Shown here piece by piece: positions 30,691 through 43,708 of a stretch of DNA of 64,000 nt; the first letter of the stretch is position 1; every line of letters starts with the position of its first letter. This stretch comes from Gemmatimonadales bacterium (GTDB lineage Bacteria; Gemmatimonadota; Gemmatimonadetes; Gemmatimonadales; GWC2-71-9), in the NCBI GenBank assembly GCA_037189525.1, contig JBBCJC010000003.1, forward strand, positions 754,351 to 818,350, written 5' to 3'. Both the position numbers and the translations under genes were made by a program. The notes beneath the pieces were generated by a model. That model was not told the origin of the DNA. It searched no databases and was given only the letters and a program-made list of their open reading frames with translations.

Positions 30691-31796
30691 ACCAGAAAGG
30701 TCGACGCCAGCTCCGCAACCCGCTCGGCGGCGCCGGGGCCTCCCAACAGTTCCCGAACGGCGGCCAGATCCGCCCGCTGCGCAACCGTTTCTTTGGCGGC
30801 GGGGTCGAGGAGCGGGCGCACTGCGTCGGCCAGCCGCTCGGCGGTTACCTCCCCCTGCACCAGTTCGGTCACCGCCGCGCGATTGGCGATCAGGTTTGGC
30901 AGGCTGATCCATCGGACCCGCATGATCCGCCGCGCGAGCCACCCAGTAAACGGGTGAACGCGATAGGCCACCACCATCGGGGTATCCGTCAGCGCCGCCT
31001 CCAGCGTCGTGGTGCCCGACTTGGCAATTACGGCGTCGGCGGCGGCCAGCACCAGCATCGGATCGACGTCGACGAGTTCGAGGCCGCCTGCCTCGGGATA
31101 GTCGCCGACGCCGACGGTTGCGACCAGCACGCGATCGACCTGGCCTTCTGCGAGCAGCCGGGTGCCCGCATCGCGAAAGGGCGCCCAGTGGCGGGCCAGC
31201 TCCTGTCGTCGGCTGCCGGGAAAGAGACTGAGCACCCGGGCATCGGACGGGAGACCAAGCGCCGCGCGGGCCTCCGCGCGGGTCGGAACCCTCGCGCGAT
31301 CGGCCAGCGGATGACCAACATACTCGGCCGGCAGACCAAGCTTGGTGAAGAACGGCGCTTCGAAGGGAAAAATCACGGCAAAGCGATCGACCGCTTTCCG
31401 AAACCGCGCCGCGCGATCGGCGCCCCAGGCCCAGAGTTGCGGCGCGACATAGTACAGCACCGGTACCTGCGCGGCTTGCGCCGCTTCGGCCACGCGCAGA
31501 TTGAAGCCGGGATAGTCGATCGGGATGACCAGCCGGTAGCGGCCGCCCTTGAGATCGCGGCGGAGATCGCCCAGGAGCCGGGCGTGCGCGGGAATCTTCG
31601 ACACGATCTCGGCAAACCCCATGACCGTGTACCGCTCCATCGGCCAGCGGATCCGGGCGCCCGCGGCAGCCATGGCCGGCCCTCCGAACGCCTCGATCTC
31701 AACCTCGGGCATCCGCGCCTTGAGGGCCCGTACCACCGCCGCGCCATGCAGATCGCCCGAGGGCTCGCCCGCCGAAAGAAAGATACGGTCCGTCAC
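30687..31796 (-). CDS. lpxB: Lipid-A-disaccharide synthase
   Basis: AGEPSGD, IDYPGFN, PQLWAW, FPFE, VGHPL, PGSR.QE, SGTTTLE and LPN. Confidence 0.96.
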   Translation of the reverse strand: MTDRIFLSAGEPSGDLHGAAVVRALKARMPEVEIEAFGGPAMAAAGARIRWPMERYTVMGFAEIVSKIPAHARLLGDLRRDLKGGRYRLVIPIDYPGFNLRVAEAAQAAQVPVLYYVAPQLWAWGADRAARFRKAVDRFAVIFPFEAPFFTKLGLPAEYVGHPLADRARVPTRAEARAALGLPSDARVLSLFPGSRRQELARHWAPFRDAGTRLLAEGQVDRVLVATVGVGDYPEAGGLELVDVDPMLVLAAADAVIAKSGTTTLEAALTDTPMVVAYRVHPFTGWLARRIMRVRWISLPNLIANRAAVTELVQGEVTAERLADAVRPLLDPAAKETVAQRADLAAVRELLGGPGAAERVAELASTFLV

Positions 31797-32746
31797 CCCG
31801 GCCTGACCGCTTCGCCGACGCGGAGCGCCAATTCGAGGGCTGCCCGTCCTTCGGCCCCGCTCACGACCACCGCCTGCTCGCCGCGGACCGATCGGACGAA
31901 ACTGCGGATTTCCTCGCCCAGGGCATCCTGCTCCGGCGCATCCAGGGGAATCACTTCGACGATCTCCTCCAGATTGAGCGCTCCATTGGCCGGACGATCG
32001 CTGCGCAGCCGCATGAACACGCCGGTTCCGGCCGCCAGATCGAGCGAAAAATAACCGTTCGGCTGGAAGAGGCGCAGCTTGCGGACCCGCTCCCGCGCCA
32101 CGCGCGAGGCCGTGATATTGGCCACGGCGCCGGACCCGAATTCGACCCGCGAGTTGACGATGTCGACGTGCGGTGTCAGCACGGCCACCCCGCTCGCCCG
32201 CACCTCCACCGCCGGCGACCCGCGACTCAAGTGCAGCACCAGATCGAGGTCGTGGATCATCAGATCGAGGATCACGGCGACGTCCGTTCCGCGAGGCTGG
32301 AAAGGCGCCAGCCGAGTGCTCTCGAAGTACCGGATCTCTCCCAGATAGGGTTCGGCGGCCCGGACCGCCCGATTGAACCGCTCGATGTGGCCGACGTACA
32401 GCGGAGCGCCGAACCGGGCGGAGGCGGCCAGCAGCGCATCGGCTTCGTCGAGCGACGTCGCCAGCGGCTTTTCCATCAGCACCGCGCGTCCACGCGCGAG
32501 CGCGCGCAACCCGACGGTGACGTGATCCGGCGTTGGGACCGCCACGGTTACGGCTTCGACCCGATCGAGCAGCGCATCCAGGTCTGGATAGAACGTCGTC
32601 CCGTTAACCTCGGCGGTGTCACGACCGCGCGACGGATCGGTATCATGCACGCCCACCAGCTCCGCATCCGGCAGCTGCGCAAGGTGTCTGGCATGATGAC
32701 GGCCCAGAGCCCCGACGCCGATCACGCCAACGGGCAGGCGTTGCAT
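31793..32746 (-). CDS. gnnA: Gfo/Idh/MocA oxidoreductase (GnnA-like UDP-GlcNAc 3-dehydrogenase)
   Basis: GVGALG..HAR, EKP, VGHIERFN, DLMIHDLD and ASRV. Its position between lpxA and lpxB matches gnnA. Confidence 0.7.
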   Translation of the reverse strand: MQRLPVGVIGVGALGRHHARHLAQLPDAELVGVHDTDPSRGRDTAEVNGTTFYPDLDALLDRVEAVTVAVPTPDHVTVGLRALARGRAVLMEKPLATSLDEADALLAASARFGAPLYVGHIERFNRAVRAAEPYLGEIRYFESTRLAPFQPRGTDVAVILDLMIHDLDLVLHLSRGSPAVEVRASGVAVLTPHVDIVNSRVEFGSGAVANITASRVARERVRKLRLFQPNGYFSLDLAAGTGVFMRLRSDRPANGALNLEEIVEVIPLDAPEQDALGEEIRSFVRSVRGEQAVVVSGAEGRAALELALRVGEAVRPG

Positions 32747-33537
32747 CAGGACGGGATGCCGCGTCCGGAACGGGAAATGAAATCGAGGAACTGCCGCACT
32801 TCCGGGATCATCGGCACCTCGGTCTCTACCCGTTCGAGCGCCTGGGAGACATTGAGGTCCGAGTTGAAGAAGAGACGGTAGACCCGTTTGAGCGCCCGAA
32901 CGGTTTCCTCGGGCATGCCGGCGCGCTGGAGCCCGACGCTGTTGAGTCCGTACAGCTCGACCGGATTGCCCACCGCTTTGACGAACGGCGGAATGTCCTG
33001 ATTGACGCGCGAGCAGCCGCCGACGAAGGCGAGCGACCCCACCGTGACGAACTGGTGCAATGCCACGACACCGGAGATGATCGCGCGGTCGTGCACGGTG
33101 ATGTGGCCGGCCAGTTGGGTCCCGTTGGCGATGCTGACGTGATCGCCCACATGACAGTCGTGCGCCAGGTGCACATAGCTCATGATGAAGCAGCGCGCTC
33201 CGACCCGGGTCACCCCGGAAGCGGCGGTACCGCGATTGACCGTCGAATATTCCCGGATCGTGGTGCCGGCGCCGATTTCGACCCAGGTTTCTTCACCGCG
33301 GTACTTGAGGTCCTGCGGATCGCCGCCCAGGATCGATCCGGCCCCGATCGAGACTCCGGCCGCCAGACGCACGTTGCGCTCGAGCGTTACCCGCGGACCG
33401 ATCCGGCAGCCGTCGCCGATCGTCACGTTGGGGCCGATGATCGCAAACGGCCCCACCTCGACCCCGGCGCCAAGCACGGCATCGGGGTCCACGATGGCGG
33501 TGGGATGAACCGTCGTCTCCGTCGGAGGCGCTGTCAT
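32746..33537 (-). CDS. lpxA: Acyl-ACP:UDP-GlcNAc O-acyltransferase
   Basis: HPTAIV, PQDLKY.GE, REYSTVNRGT, HLAHDC, HQF and GLNSVGL. Confidence 0.97.
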   Translation of the reverse strand: MTAPPTETTVHPTAIVDPDAVLGAGVEVGPFAIIGPNVTIGDGCRIGPRVTLERNVRLAAGVSIGAGSILGGDPQDLKYRGEETWVEIGAGTTIREYSTVNRGTAASGVTRVGARCFIMSYVHLAHDCHVGDHVSIANGTQLAGHITVHDRAIISGVVALHQFVTVGSLAFVGGCSRVNQDIPPFVKAVGNPVELYGLNSVGLQRAGMPEETVRALKRVYRLFFNSDLNVSQALERVETEVPMIPEVRQFLDFISRSGRGIPS

Positions 33538-33544
33538 CGATGGC

Positions 33545-34813
33545 TCACCGGTCCATGACCATGGCCATCATCTCTGCTTCGCAGACGACGACGCCATCAA
33601 CGTATGCGACACCCTTCATGCGACAGACCCGCCCTCGCAATTGGACCATCTCGACCTCCTGTCGGACCTGGTCCCCCGGAACCACCGGACGCCGGAACTT
33701 GATGTTGTCCAGCGTCATGAAGTAAACCACCTTGTCCGAGGGCGCGTCCAGTTCCCCCATCAGAAGCATCCCGCCGGTCTGCGCCATCGATTCGACGATC
33801 AGGACGCCCGGCATGACGGGATGGTTCGGGAAATGCCCCTGGAAGAACGGCTCGTTGATGGTGACGTTCTTGATTCCGACCACGCGTTTCCGCGGTTCGA
33901 TCTCGATGATCCGATCGACCAGCAGGAACGGGTACCGGTGCGGAATCACTTCGAGGATCCGGCCGATATCGAGCACCTGGCCGTTCGACGCCGCGGTACG
34001 AATCAGCGTTCGCGCGAGCGCCACGTTCCCCTCGTGGCTCGGCCGCGTAGCCACGATGTGGGCGCGAATCCGAGCACCCGTGAGCGCCAGATCGCCCACG
34101 ATGTCGCCCGCCTTGTGGCGCAGGAATTCGTCCGGCCAGCGGAGCGGACCGGTCAGGACCTCGGATTCCGACAACACCACGGCCGACGCCGGGGTCCCGC
34201 CCTTGAGCAGGCCCTTGGCGCGCAGCCCGTCGAGTTCATGGGCAAACCCGAAGGTGCGGGCGGGCGCCAATTCCCGGCGGAACTCATCCAGCGTCAGGTC
34301 GTACGCACCGACCTGCCGGCCGATCAGGGGATGCGGCCATTCGATGGTCGTGGTGATCCGAAGCGCTTTGGCGGGCGACACGATGTAACTCGCGTCGCCG
34401 ACGGTGACCGTAAAAGGCGCCGTGACCGTGAGAACGACGGGCGTTCCCTCCTGTTCCGCGGTGCCCGCCTCTTCCAACGCCGCCAGGAACGGTGCAAACG
34501 ACCCGTCCAGGATGGGAGCTTCGGGCCCGTCGATTTCGATCAGCAGGTCGTCGAGTTCGAGCGCAGCAACCGCGGCCAGCAGGTGCTCCACGGTGTGAAC
34601 CGTTGCGCCATCCTGCCCGATCGCGGTCCGCCGTTCCGTCGCTTCGACCGCATCGATCCTGGCGGCAAATTCGGGCGCACCAGGCAAATCGATCCGCCGG
34701 AAACGGATCCCCGTTCCCGACGATGCGGGCATACAGCGAACCGTGGTAGTGGCACCAGTGTGCAGGCCGGTCCCGGTCAGCGTTGCCACGTCCTTCAAGG
34801 TTCGTCTAGCCAT
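33545..34813 (-). CDS. lpxC-fabZ: Bifunctional LpxC deacetylase / FabZ dehydratase
   Basis: LpxC motifs GTGLHTG, TVEHLLA, ARTF and HK..D..GD are fused to FabZ motifs PHRYPFLLVD, NEPFFQGHFP..PVMPGVL.VE and PGD. Confidence 0.95.
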   Translation of the reverse strand: MARRTLKDVATLTGTGLHTGATTTVRCMPASSGTGIRFRRIDLPGAPEFAARIDAVEATERRTAIGQDGATVHTVEHLLAAVAALELDDLLIEIDGPEAPILDGSFAPFLAALEEAGTAEQEGTPVVLTVTAPFTVTVGDASYIVSPAKALRITTTIEWPHPLIGRQVGAYDLTLDEFRRELAPARTFGFAHELDGLRAKGLLKGGTPASAVVLSESEVLTGPLRWPDEFLRHKAGDIVGDLALTGARIRAHIVATRPSHEGNVALARTLIRTAASNGQVLDIGRILEVIPHRYPFLLVDRIIEIEPRKRVVGIKNVTINEPFFQGHFPNHPVMPGVLIVESMAQTGGMLLMGELDAPSDKVVYFMTLDNIKFRRPVVPGDQVRQEVEMVQLRGRVCRMKGVAYVDGVVVCEAEMMAMVMDR

Positions 34814-35846
34814 CCTGCCTTCGATCTTTAACGATGGTTTCGAGTTCGGCCACCAGCGGCGCGAGCCGGTAGAGCGCCGCCTGTGCACGGAGAAACTCAC
34901 GGTGCGGCCGAGCGGGAAATCCGCTCACATCGGTACCGGGCGGCACCTCGGAGATGACCCCCGCTTTGGCGCCGACGCGGGCCCGATCGCCCACCGTGAA
35001 ATGTCCACCGATGGCACTATGACCCGCGAGGATCACGTCATCCCCTACCCTCGCGCTTCCCGCGACGACGACACCGCCCATGAGCAGGCAGCGAGCGCCA
35101 AGGCGGGCATTGTGCCCGACGTGGACATGGTTGTCGAGTTTGGTGCCGGCGCCGATGACCGTATCGCCGATGCTGCCGCGATCGATACAGCTGTTGGCGC
35201 CGATCTGGACGTCATCCTCGACTCGGCAACCGCCCACATGGGGAATGGGATGGTGCCCCTGCCGATCGGAGATGAAGCCAAAGCCGGTTCCACCCAACAC
35301 CGCGCCGGCTTTGATATGGACCCGTTTGCCGATGTCGGTGCCGCGATAGCAGACCACATGCGGATCGAGCACGCTGTCGTCTCCGATCCGGACGCCCGGT
35401 TCGAGCACGACACCCGCGGCGAGGACGACCCGGTCGCCCAATACCACACCCTCACCCAGCACCACATGCGCACCGAGTGACACGTCGGCGCCCAGTTGGC
35501 ACCCCGTCCCGATGCGAGCCGACGGATCGATTCCCGGGGTCGGACGCGGCAGCGGAAAGAGCGCGGTAACGACACGAGCGATAGCCCCTGCCGGGTCGCG
35601 TACCGCGATCCGGGTCGCCGGTCCCGGCGTCTCGGCCGGGAGATCGAGCGGCACCAGCACCGCCCCGGCGCGACTCGTTACGAACTGCTCGATGTACTTG
35701 GAAGATGCCAGGAACGAAAGCGCATCGCCGTGAGCCCGATCGAGCGGGCCCACGGCGCGGAGTTGCACAGTTCCATCCCCTTCGAGGCGGCCCCCGACGA
35801 GCTCGGCAACGGCCGCCGCGGTCAGGGACCCCGCGGCAGTGGTCAC
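34806..35846 (-). CDS. lpxD: UDP-3-O-acylglucosamine N-acyltransferase
   Basis: N-terminal LpxD domain, hexapeptide repeats, GFGF, IGANSCIDRG and KLDNHVHVGHN. GTG at 35846. Confidence 0.95.
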   Translation of the reverse strand: MTTAAGSLTAAAVAELVGGRLEGDGTVQLRAVGPLDRAHGDALSFLASSKYIEQFVTSRAGAVLVPLDLPAETPGPATRIAVRDPAGAIARVVTALFPLPRPTPGIDPSARIGTGCQLGADVSLGAHVVLGEGVVLGDRVVLAAGVVLEPGVRIGDDSVLDPHVVCYRGTDIGKRVHIKAGAVLGGTGFGFISDRQGHHPIPHVGGCRVEDDVQIGANSCIDRGSIGDTVIGAGTKLDNHVHVGHNARLGARCLLMGGVVVAGSARVGDDVILAGHSAIGGHFTVGDRARVGAKAGVISEVPPGTDVSGFPARPHREFLRAQAALYRLAPLVAELETIVKDRRQDG

Positions 35847-35847
35847 G

Positions 35848-36441
35848 TCAGCCGGGGGGGGTCTGCGCCAATCGCTGCGCAATCCTGAGGGTAATGTCGA
35901 GCGACCGATCATAGGTAATGATATTGGCCGACTCTTCCGCCCCGATGTCGAGGATCAGGGCGATATTCTCTTCGGCGCGGACGCCCTCGATGATGGCGCG
36001 GAGCCGCTGCTCCATCGGCGTCATCAGTTCCTGCTGCCGAGTTCCAAGCTTGGTCTGCAGCGCCTGCAGTTTGACCTGCAGCGAATCGCCCTGCGCCTGC
36101 AACTGCCGCTCACGGGCCGTGCGGTTGCTGGGCGTCATCATGGCCTGGCTCTGCTGATACGTCGCAACGGACGAATCGAACGCGGCGCGCAGCTTTTCCG
36201 CCTCGCTGCGGATCTGGGTCGCTTCCCGCGTAAACAGGCTCTCCGCCGCCGCGTAACCCGGCATACCGCGCAGCAACGCGCCGGCGTTGATGAACGCGAT
36301 CTTGAACGCACCGGTCGGCTGAGCGTTCGTCGGTCGCGGCTGTTGCGCCGCGGGCGGCGCCGCCTGCGCGGCGAGCGGAGATGCGACTCCCGCCAGGGCC
36401 AGAACGGTGGATGACATCAATACGAACCGAACCAGCGACAT
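35848..36441 (-). CDS. skp: OmpH/Skp periplasmic chaperone
   Basis: Signal peptide, KIAFIN, long coiled helices and DIT. It lies between bamA and lpxD, with a GGAGG RBS before ATG 36441. Confidence 0.88.
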   Translation of the reverse strand: MSLVRFVLMSSTVLALAGVASPLAAQAAPPAAQQPRPTNAQPTGAFKIAFINAGALLRGMPGYAAAESLFTREATQIRSEAEKLRAAFDSSVATYQQSQAMMTPSNRTARERQLQAQGDSLQVKLQALQTKLGTRQQELMTPMEQRLRAIIEGVRAEENIALILDIGAEESANIITYDRSLDITLRIAQRLAQTPPG

Positions 36442-36486
36442 CGTCGATCCTCCAACCCAGAGGGGGTGGTGTGAGTGTGCAGCCAT

Positions 36487-38931
36487 CTAGAAGAAATTGC
36501 CCAGCCGGAAGTGCAACTGCCATCCCGGATCGGGGCGCCCGGCCGCGTCGGTACGGTCGAGGCCGTACGCCACGTCGATGCCGATCGGCCCGAGCGGAGA
36601 AATCAGCGCAACACCGGCGCCCAGACTGCGGTACAACCGAGTCGGGTTGTACTGCCGGGCCCGTCCGTAGACGTTACCCGCGTCGGAGAAGATGTTGACG
36701 TAAAACTGTTGCGACAGCCGCGCGCCGGCCTCGACCGTGAAGGTCGCATACGACTTACCGAACGCATCCGGGCGTACGCTGGTGCCTCGCGCGCTGGGAT
36801 TGTAGCCCAGCGGCGTCACGGCAAACTCGTCGTAACCACGGAGCGGAATGCCGTACTGCACGCCGCCCAGCGAATAGAGCTCGTAGAAGAACGGTCCGAC
36901 CGTGCCGAAGACGAATCCGGACTTGGCCTTGAAGCCGAAGGTGAACTGGATTCCGCCGCCGAAGGCATCGCCGCCGGCTCGGCCGAGCGGTGCGTACCAG
37001 GCGCCATCGAGATCGATCTTCTGATACTGGCCGCTGCCGCCCAGGAACCCGCCGTTGTACTCGAACGAGGTGGTAATCGAGGTCCCCGCGACCGGGAACG
37101 GCAAACCGATCCGGGTATCGCGAACCAGGCTGAGCCCCAGCGACGAACGGACGCAGTTGTCGTCGCACCGATATTGATCCGCCAGGTCCGCAGGCATGTC
37201 GGTGAACCGGTTGCGCTGGAATCCGTAGCTGGCAAAGACGCGGGTATAGCGCGAGCCGAAGAACGGGAAGCCGAATTGGAGGTTGGCCCCTTCCCGCCGG
37301 ATCCGGCCCAGGTCACCCACCGTATAGCGCTGGCGGCTGTTGAACAGCGTGAGCGTGCCCGAGAACCGGCTGTCACGGATCGCCGGGTCGGAATAGCTCA
37401 GGTTGAAGTCGTTGATGTTGGCCCCGAACTGCCACTGGATCCGGCCCCGCTTGGCTTTGCCGAACAGATTCGGCTCTTCGAGACCGAGGAACCCGCCGAC
37501 CCCGACGCCCTGGCCGACCGACGCGCCGAAATTGACGTTGCCGGTACTCTTTTCGTTGACCCGGAACGTGATGTCGACGTCGATACCATTCTCCGCCTGC
37601 TCGACTTCCGGCCCCGGAAGCGGTTGCTCGAAAAAGTTGAGGTTGGAGATGTTCTGATACGACCGCATCAGCATGTCGCGATTGAACGTCATCCCGGGGA
37701 CCAGCACGATCTGTTCACGGATGACCCGCTCGTGGGTCACCTCGTTGCCGACGATGGTGATCTTGTTGATCGTCGCGGGCTGTCCCTCGTAGACCCGCCA
37801 GCGAAGGTCCACGATCGGCTGGCCATCGGCGCCGGTGCGACGAACCTCTTCCGGCTCGACCCGCGCCATGATGTAGCCGTTGTTCGAATACAGATCGCGG
37901 ACCTTGTCCGTCGCGCCTTCCCAATCCGCCCGGCTGAATGCCACGTCGGCGGCGACACCGCTGCCCGCCACGATGGCCAGACCGAACGGATAGTACAGGC
38001 TCAGTTCGTCGGCTGAGAACCGGCGATTACCGATGATATCGAAGGTGCCGACCTTGTACGGCTGGCCCTCATCGATCTCGACTTTGAGGATGGCTTTGCC
38101 CGGCACGGTATCAGCAACCAGCGTGTCTCGGAGCACGCGCAGATCGACATATCCCCGATTAGCGTACCACTGCGGAATCCGGTTGCGCAGATCGTCCTGG
38201 ACCCGATCCTCGGTGTACTCGCCCTTCCGGAACCACCAGAATCCTTCCGGACGCGACGACATGCCTTTGACGATTTCGCTGTCCTTGAAGCGCTCGTTGC
38301 CCTCGATGACGACCTGGCTGATCACCACCCGATTGCCTTCATTGACGACAAAGGCAATGTCGACGGCATTGGCCGAATCGCTGCGGGTTTCTTCGACCTC
38401 GACCTGGACGGCGTAGTATCCCTTCCGCTGATAGAGCGAGTCGATGCCAGCGGCCGACCGGGCAATGGCCACCCGATCGACCGGGCGCCCTTCCAGGACG
38501 GCAACCTTCTTCCGGACGTCCGACAACTCGAGCTTCTCGACCCCGCGGAGCGACCAGCGACTGAGCGTCGGACGCTCGCGCACGACGATGGTCACGATAT
38601 TGAGCGCGTCCACTTCCTGCGCTTCGATCCGGACATCATCGAACTGCCCGGTCTGATACAGGCTGGTGATGGCACGCTGGACCCCTCGGTAGTTGAGGGT
38701 CTGAAAAATCTGAATGCCCGAAAACGTGACGATCTCATCGGGCTGTAAGCGCTGGTTGCCGCGCACCACGATGCTGTCGACCAGGATTTCCTGGATCGGA
38801 TCGGGCTCCTGCGCCGCCAACGGTGCCGTGAGCACGGGGAGGAACAACAGCGCGAGGAGCGCGACGACGGCATGATGCCATCGTCCGCGTCCTCGACAAG
38901 ACGGATCGGCCACACGACCGGAACTCACCAC
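36487..38931 (-). CDS. bamA: Outer membrane protein assembly factor BamA
   Basis: POTRA repeats, NLFG.A, LRGY, SPLGPI and a C-terminal Phe. Confidence 0.95.
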   Translation of the reverse strand: MVSSGRVADPSCRGRGRWHHAVVALLALLFLPVLTAPLAAQEPDPIQEILVDSIVVRGNQRLQPDEIVTFSGIQIFQTLNYRGVQRAITSLYQTGQFDDVRIEAQEVDALNIVTIVVRERPTLSRWSLRGVEKLELSDVRKKVAVLEGRPVDRVAIARSAAGIDSLYQRKGYYAVQVEVEETRSDSANAVDIAFVVNEGNRVVISQVVIEGNERFKDSEIVKGMSSRPEGFWWFRKGEYTEDRVQDDLRNRIPQWYANRGYVDLRVLRDTLVADTVPGKAILKVEIDEGQPYKVGTFDIIGNRRFSADELSLYYPFGLAIVAGSGVAADVAFSRADWEGATDKVRDLYSNNGYIMARVEPEEVRRTGADGQPIVDLRWRVYEGQPATINKITIVGNEVTHERVIREQIVLVPGMTFNRDMLMRSYQNISNLNFFEQPLPGPEVEQAENGIDVDITFRVNEKSTGNVNFGASVGQGVGVGGFLGLEEPNLFGKAKRGRIQWQFGANINDFNLSYSDPAIRDSRFSGTLTLFNSRQRYTVGDLGRIRREGANLQFGFPFFGSRYTRVFASYGFQRNRFTDMPADLADQYRCDDNCVRSSLGLSLVRDTRIGLPFPVAGTSITTSFEYNGGFLGGSGQYQKIDLDGAWYAPLGRAGGDAFGGGIQFTFGFKAKSGFVFGTVGPFFYELYSLGGVQYGIPLRGYDEFAVTPLGYNPSARGTSVRPDAFGKSYATFTVEAGARLSQQFYVNIFSDAGNVYGRARQYNPTRLYRSLGAGVALISPLGPIGIDVAYGLDRTDAAGRPDPGWQLHFRLGNFF

Positions 38932-38941
38932 CGAAAGCTCC

Positions 38942-41418
<2,477 letters not shown>

Positions 41419-41422
<4 letters not shown>

Positions 41423-42507
41423 GCTCCCTGCCCGCGTCGGACTTCCTCTTCCAACGTCCAGCGGACGAACTCCGCCCGACGGATTGCCATCTCTTCCTCA
41501 TCCAATAACCGGCCCGCCTTGGCATTCAAGTGGGCCGGCTGGCTGAACACCAGCAATTTGTTCAGCGCATACATTCCGACGTTTGGAATCACCTTGAGGC
41601 TCACACCGAGCCGCACGCCGGACAACAGGTTCATCGTTTCTTCGAAGCTCAGCGAGCGCGCATAGCGCAGCAAGCCGAACGCCCGCCAGCACTTGTCTTC
41701 GAGTACCGCCGGCGCATCACGCAAGAGCACCTGACGAGCCCGCTCCTCGACTCCGATCACGTGCTGCACGATCGTGCCCAGGTGCTCCAATAGCTCTCCC
41801 TCGCTCTTGCCCAAGGTGGTCTGGTTCGACAACTGAAAGAAGTTGCCGACCACCTCGCTGCCCTCTCCGTAGAGACCCCGGTACGTCAACCCGATCTTGG
41901 TGAGACCGTGCAACGTTTTGTTGATCTCCTTCGTCAGCACGAGCCCCGGCAGATGGATCAAGACCGATGCCCGGAGCCCCGTTCCGACGTTGGTAGGGCA
42001 CGAGGTAAGGTAACCGAACGCCGAATGAAATGCGAAGGCAAGTCGTTGCCCCAGTTCAGTGTCCAGCCCCTCGACCTCACGCCAGCAGGCCCCAAAATCC
42101 ACCCCCGAAGCGAGCACCTGGAGCCGCAGGTGATCTTCTTCGTTGACCATCACCGCCGCCCGATTCTGCAGCAACAATGCCCGGGTTGTTGTGATCGAAT
42201 TTCGGTCACCCAACCCTGCGAGCTCGCGGCTGATCAGATGCCGTTCGAGCAGGAGCCGATTGTCCCACTCCTCCAACTGGTCGGGTCGGACGACCAGGGC
42301 GTGACCCAGCCCGGTCGTGGTTCCGGCGGCCTGAATGACCTGGTCGAGCACCTCTCGCCGCTCCGCCGCGTCCATTCGCGCGCCGAATCGCCGATCCGCC
42401 AGGTTCCGCGCCAACCGGACGCGGGTTGAGAGGACCAGATGACTGGCTGGCCCACTCGCTTCGAGCCATCCGAGACCGCCATCGGGCAACAGATCGAGAT
42501 CGATCAT
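41419..42507 (-). CDS. mcsB: Protein arginine kinase McsB
   Basis: STRVRLARN, ERHLIS, VNEEDHLR, GYLTSCPTNVGTGLRASV, RGLYGEG and QLSNQTTLG. Confidence 0.94.
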
Positions 42508-43007
42508 TCCCGCTCCTTCAATCGGTCACGCAGCTCCGCAGCCAGCTCGAACTGTTCCTGCTCGATGGCGCGTTTGAGCCGCTCTCGCAGCCGGTCGATC
42601 GATTCGGCCTCGATTTCGCGCGCCGGCGTGCCCGGTGCGTGATAGGCCTTCCCCGTGTGATGCGCAGAACCGTGCAGGCGTCGCAACAACTCCCGCAGCG
42701 GCTCGCCGAAGGTGTCGTAACACTGTCCACAGCCGAGCCGGCCCGACTCGCGAAAGTCCTGGAGCGATCCGCCACACCCCGGGCAGACCGGGCTCTCGGC
42801 GGTAGCGTCGGATGCGGCCACCTCGGTTTCGAGGGAGAGCGCAGCCAGCAGTCCGCCGATCGGGGTGTCCTCCATCGTCGCGGGTGTCTGAATCCCCTTC
42901 TCCGCTGCGCACTGAGCGCAGAGCTGGACCGTCTCGACCTGTCCGCCGACGATCTGGGTCAGCTTGATGACCCCTTCGCGCTCGTGGCAGTAGCTGCACA
43001 GCGTCAT
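42504..43007 (-). CDS. mcsA: McsA (Zn-finger/UVR activator of McsB)
   Basis: Four CxxC motifs, GRLGC..CY..F and H.GK, plus a C-terminal UVR motif EQFELAAELRD. ATG at 43007. Confidence 0.92.
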   Translation of the reverse strand: MTLCSYCHEREGVIKLTQIVGGQVETVQLCAQCAAEKGIQTPATMEDTPIGGLLAALSLETEVAASDATAESPVCPGCGGSLQDFRESGRLGCGQCYDTFGEPLRELLRRLHGSAHHTGKAYHAPGTPAREIEAESIDRLRERLKRAIEQEQFELAAELRDRLKERE

Positions 43008-43708
43008 GACGCCGGCTCCGCCGCTCCCGATTCGACCGTCAGGCGGCCCTCGGCCAGTCGGAGGATCTGATCGGCGCGATTGGCCAGATCGCGATTGTGC
43101 GTCGCGACCACCACCGCGGTGCGGAACTGATCGCGGACCCCGGCCAGCACCTCGTGCAGGACCGCCGCGTTGTGCGGGTCCAAGTTGCCCGAGGGTTCGT
43201 CGGCCAGCACGATGGCCGGCGCCGGTACCACAGCACGCGCGACCGCCGCCCGCTGCTGCTCCCCCCCGGAGAGTTGAGCCGGATAGTGACGCAAGCGAGC
43301 GCCGAGGCCCAGTTGCTCGAGCACGGCGGCCGCGCGCGTCTCCGCTTCGGCAGCGGAGACGCCGGCAATCAGCAGCGGCATCATCACGTTTTCGACGGCG
43401 GTGAAGTCGCGCAGCAGATGATGAAACTGGAAGACGAAGCCGATCCTGATGTTCCGGAGGCGCGCCCGCTCCTCGACGGACAAGGTCCCGACGTCGGTGC
43501 CTTCGATGCGCACCTGGCCCTGATCGGGCGCATCGAGCGCACCAAGCATGTGCAGCAGCGTGCTCTTCCCGGCCCCGCTGGCGCCGACCACGGCCAGGAA
43601 CTGCCCCGGGTGAATCGCCAGATCGAGCCCGTCGAGAACCCTGATCGGTGTTCCGTCGCCACCGACGTAGGTCTTCCCGACCCCGATTGCTTCGACGACG
43701 GGTGTCAT
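43004..43708 (-). CDS. lolD: Lipoprotein-releasing ABC transporter ATPase
   Basis: GASGAGKST, GFVFQFHHLL, LSGGEQQR and ADEPSGNLD. ATG at 43708. Confidence 0.92.
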   Translation of the reverse strand: MTPVVEAIGVGKTYVGGDGTPIRVLDGLDLAIHPGQFLAVVGASGAGKSTLLHMLGALDAPDQGQVRIEGTDVGTLSVEERARLRNIRIGFVFQFHHLLRDFTAVENVMMPLLIAGVSAAEAETRAAAVLEQLGLGARLRHYPAQLSGGEQQRAAVARAVVPAPAIVLADEPSGNLDPHNAAVLHEVLAGVRDQFRTAVVVATHNRDLANRADQILRLAEGRLTVESGAAEPAS

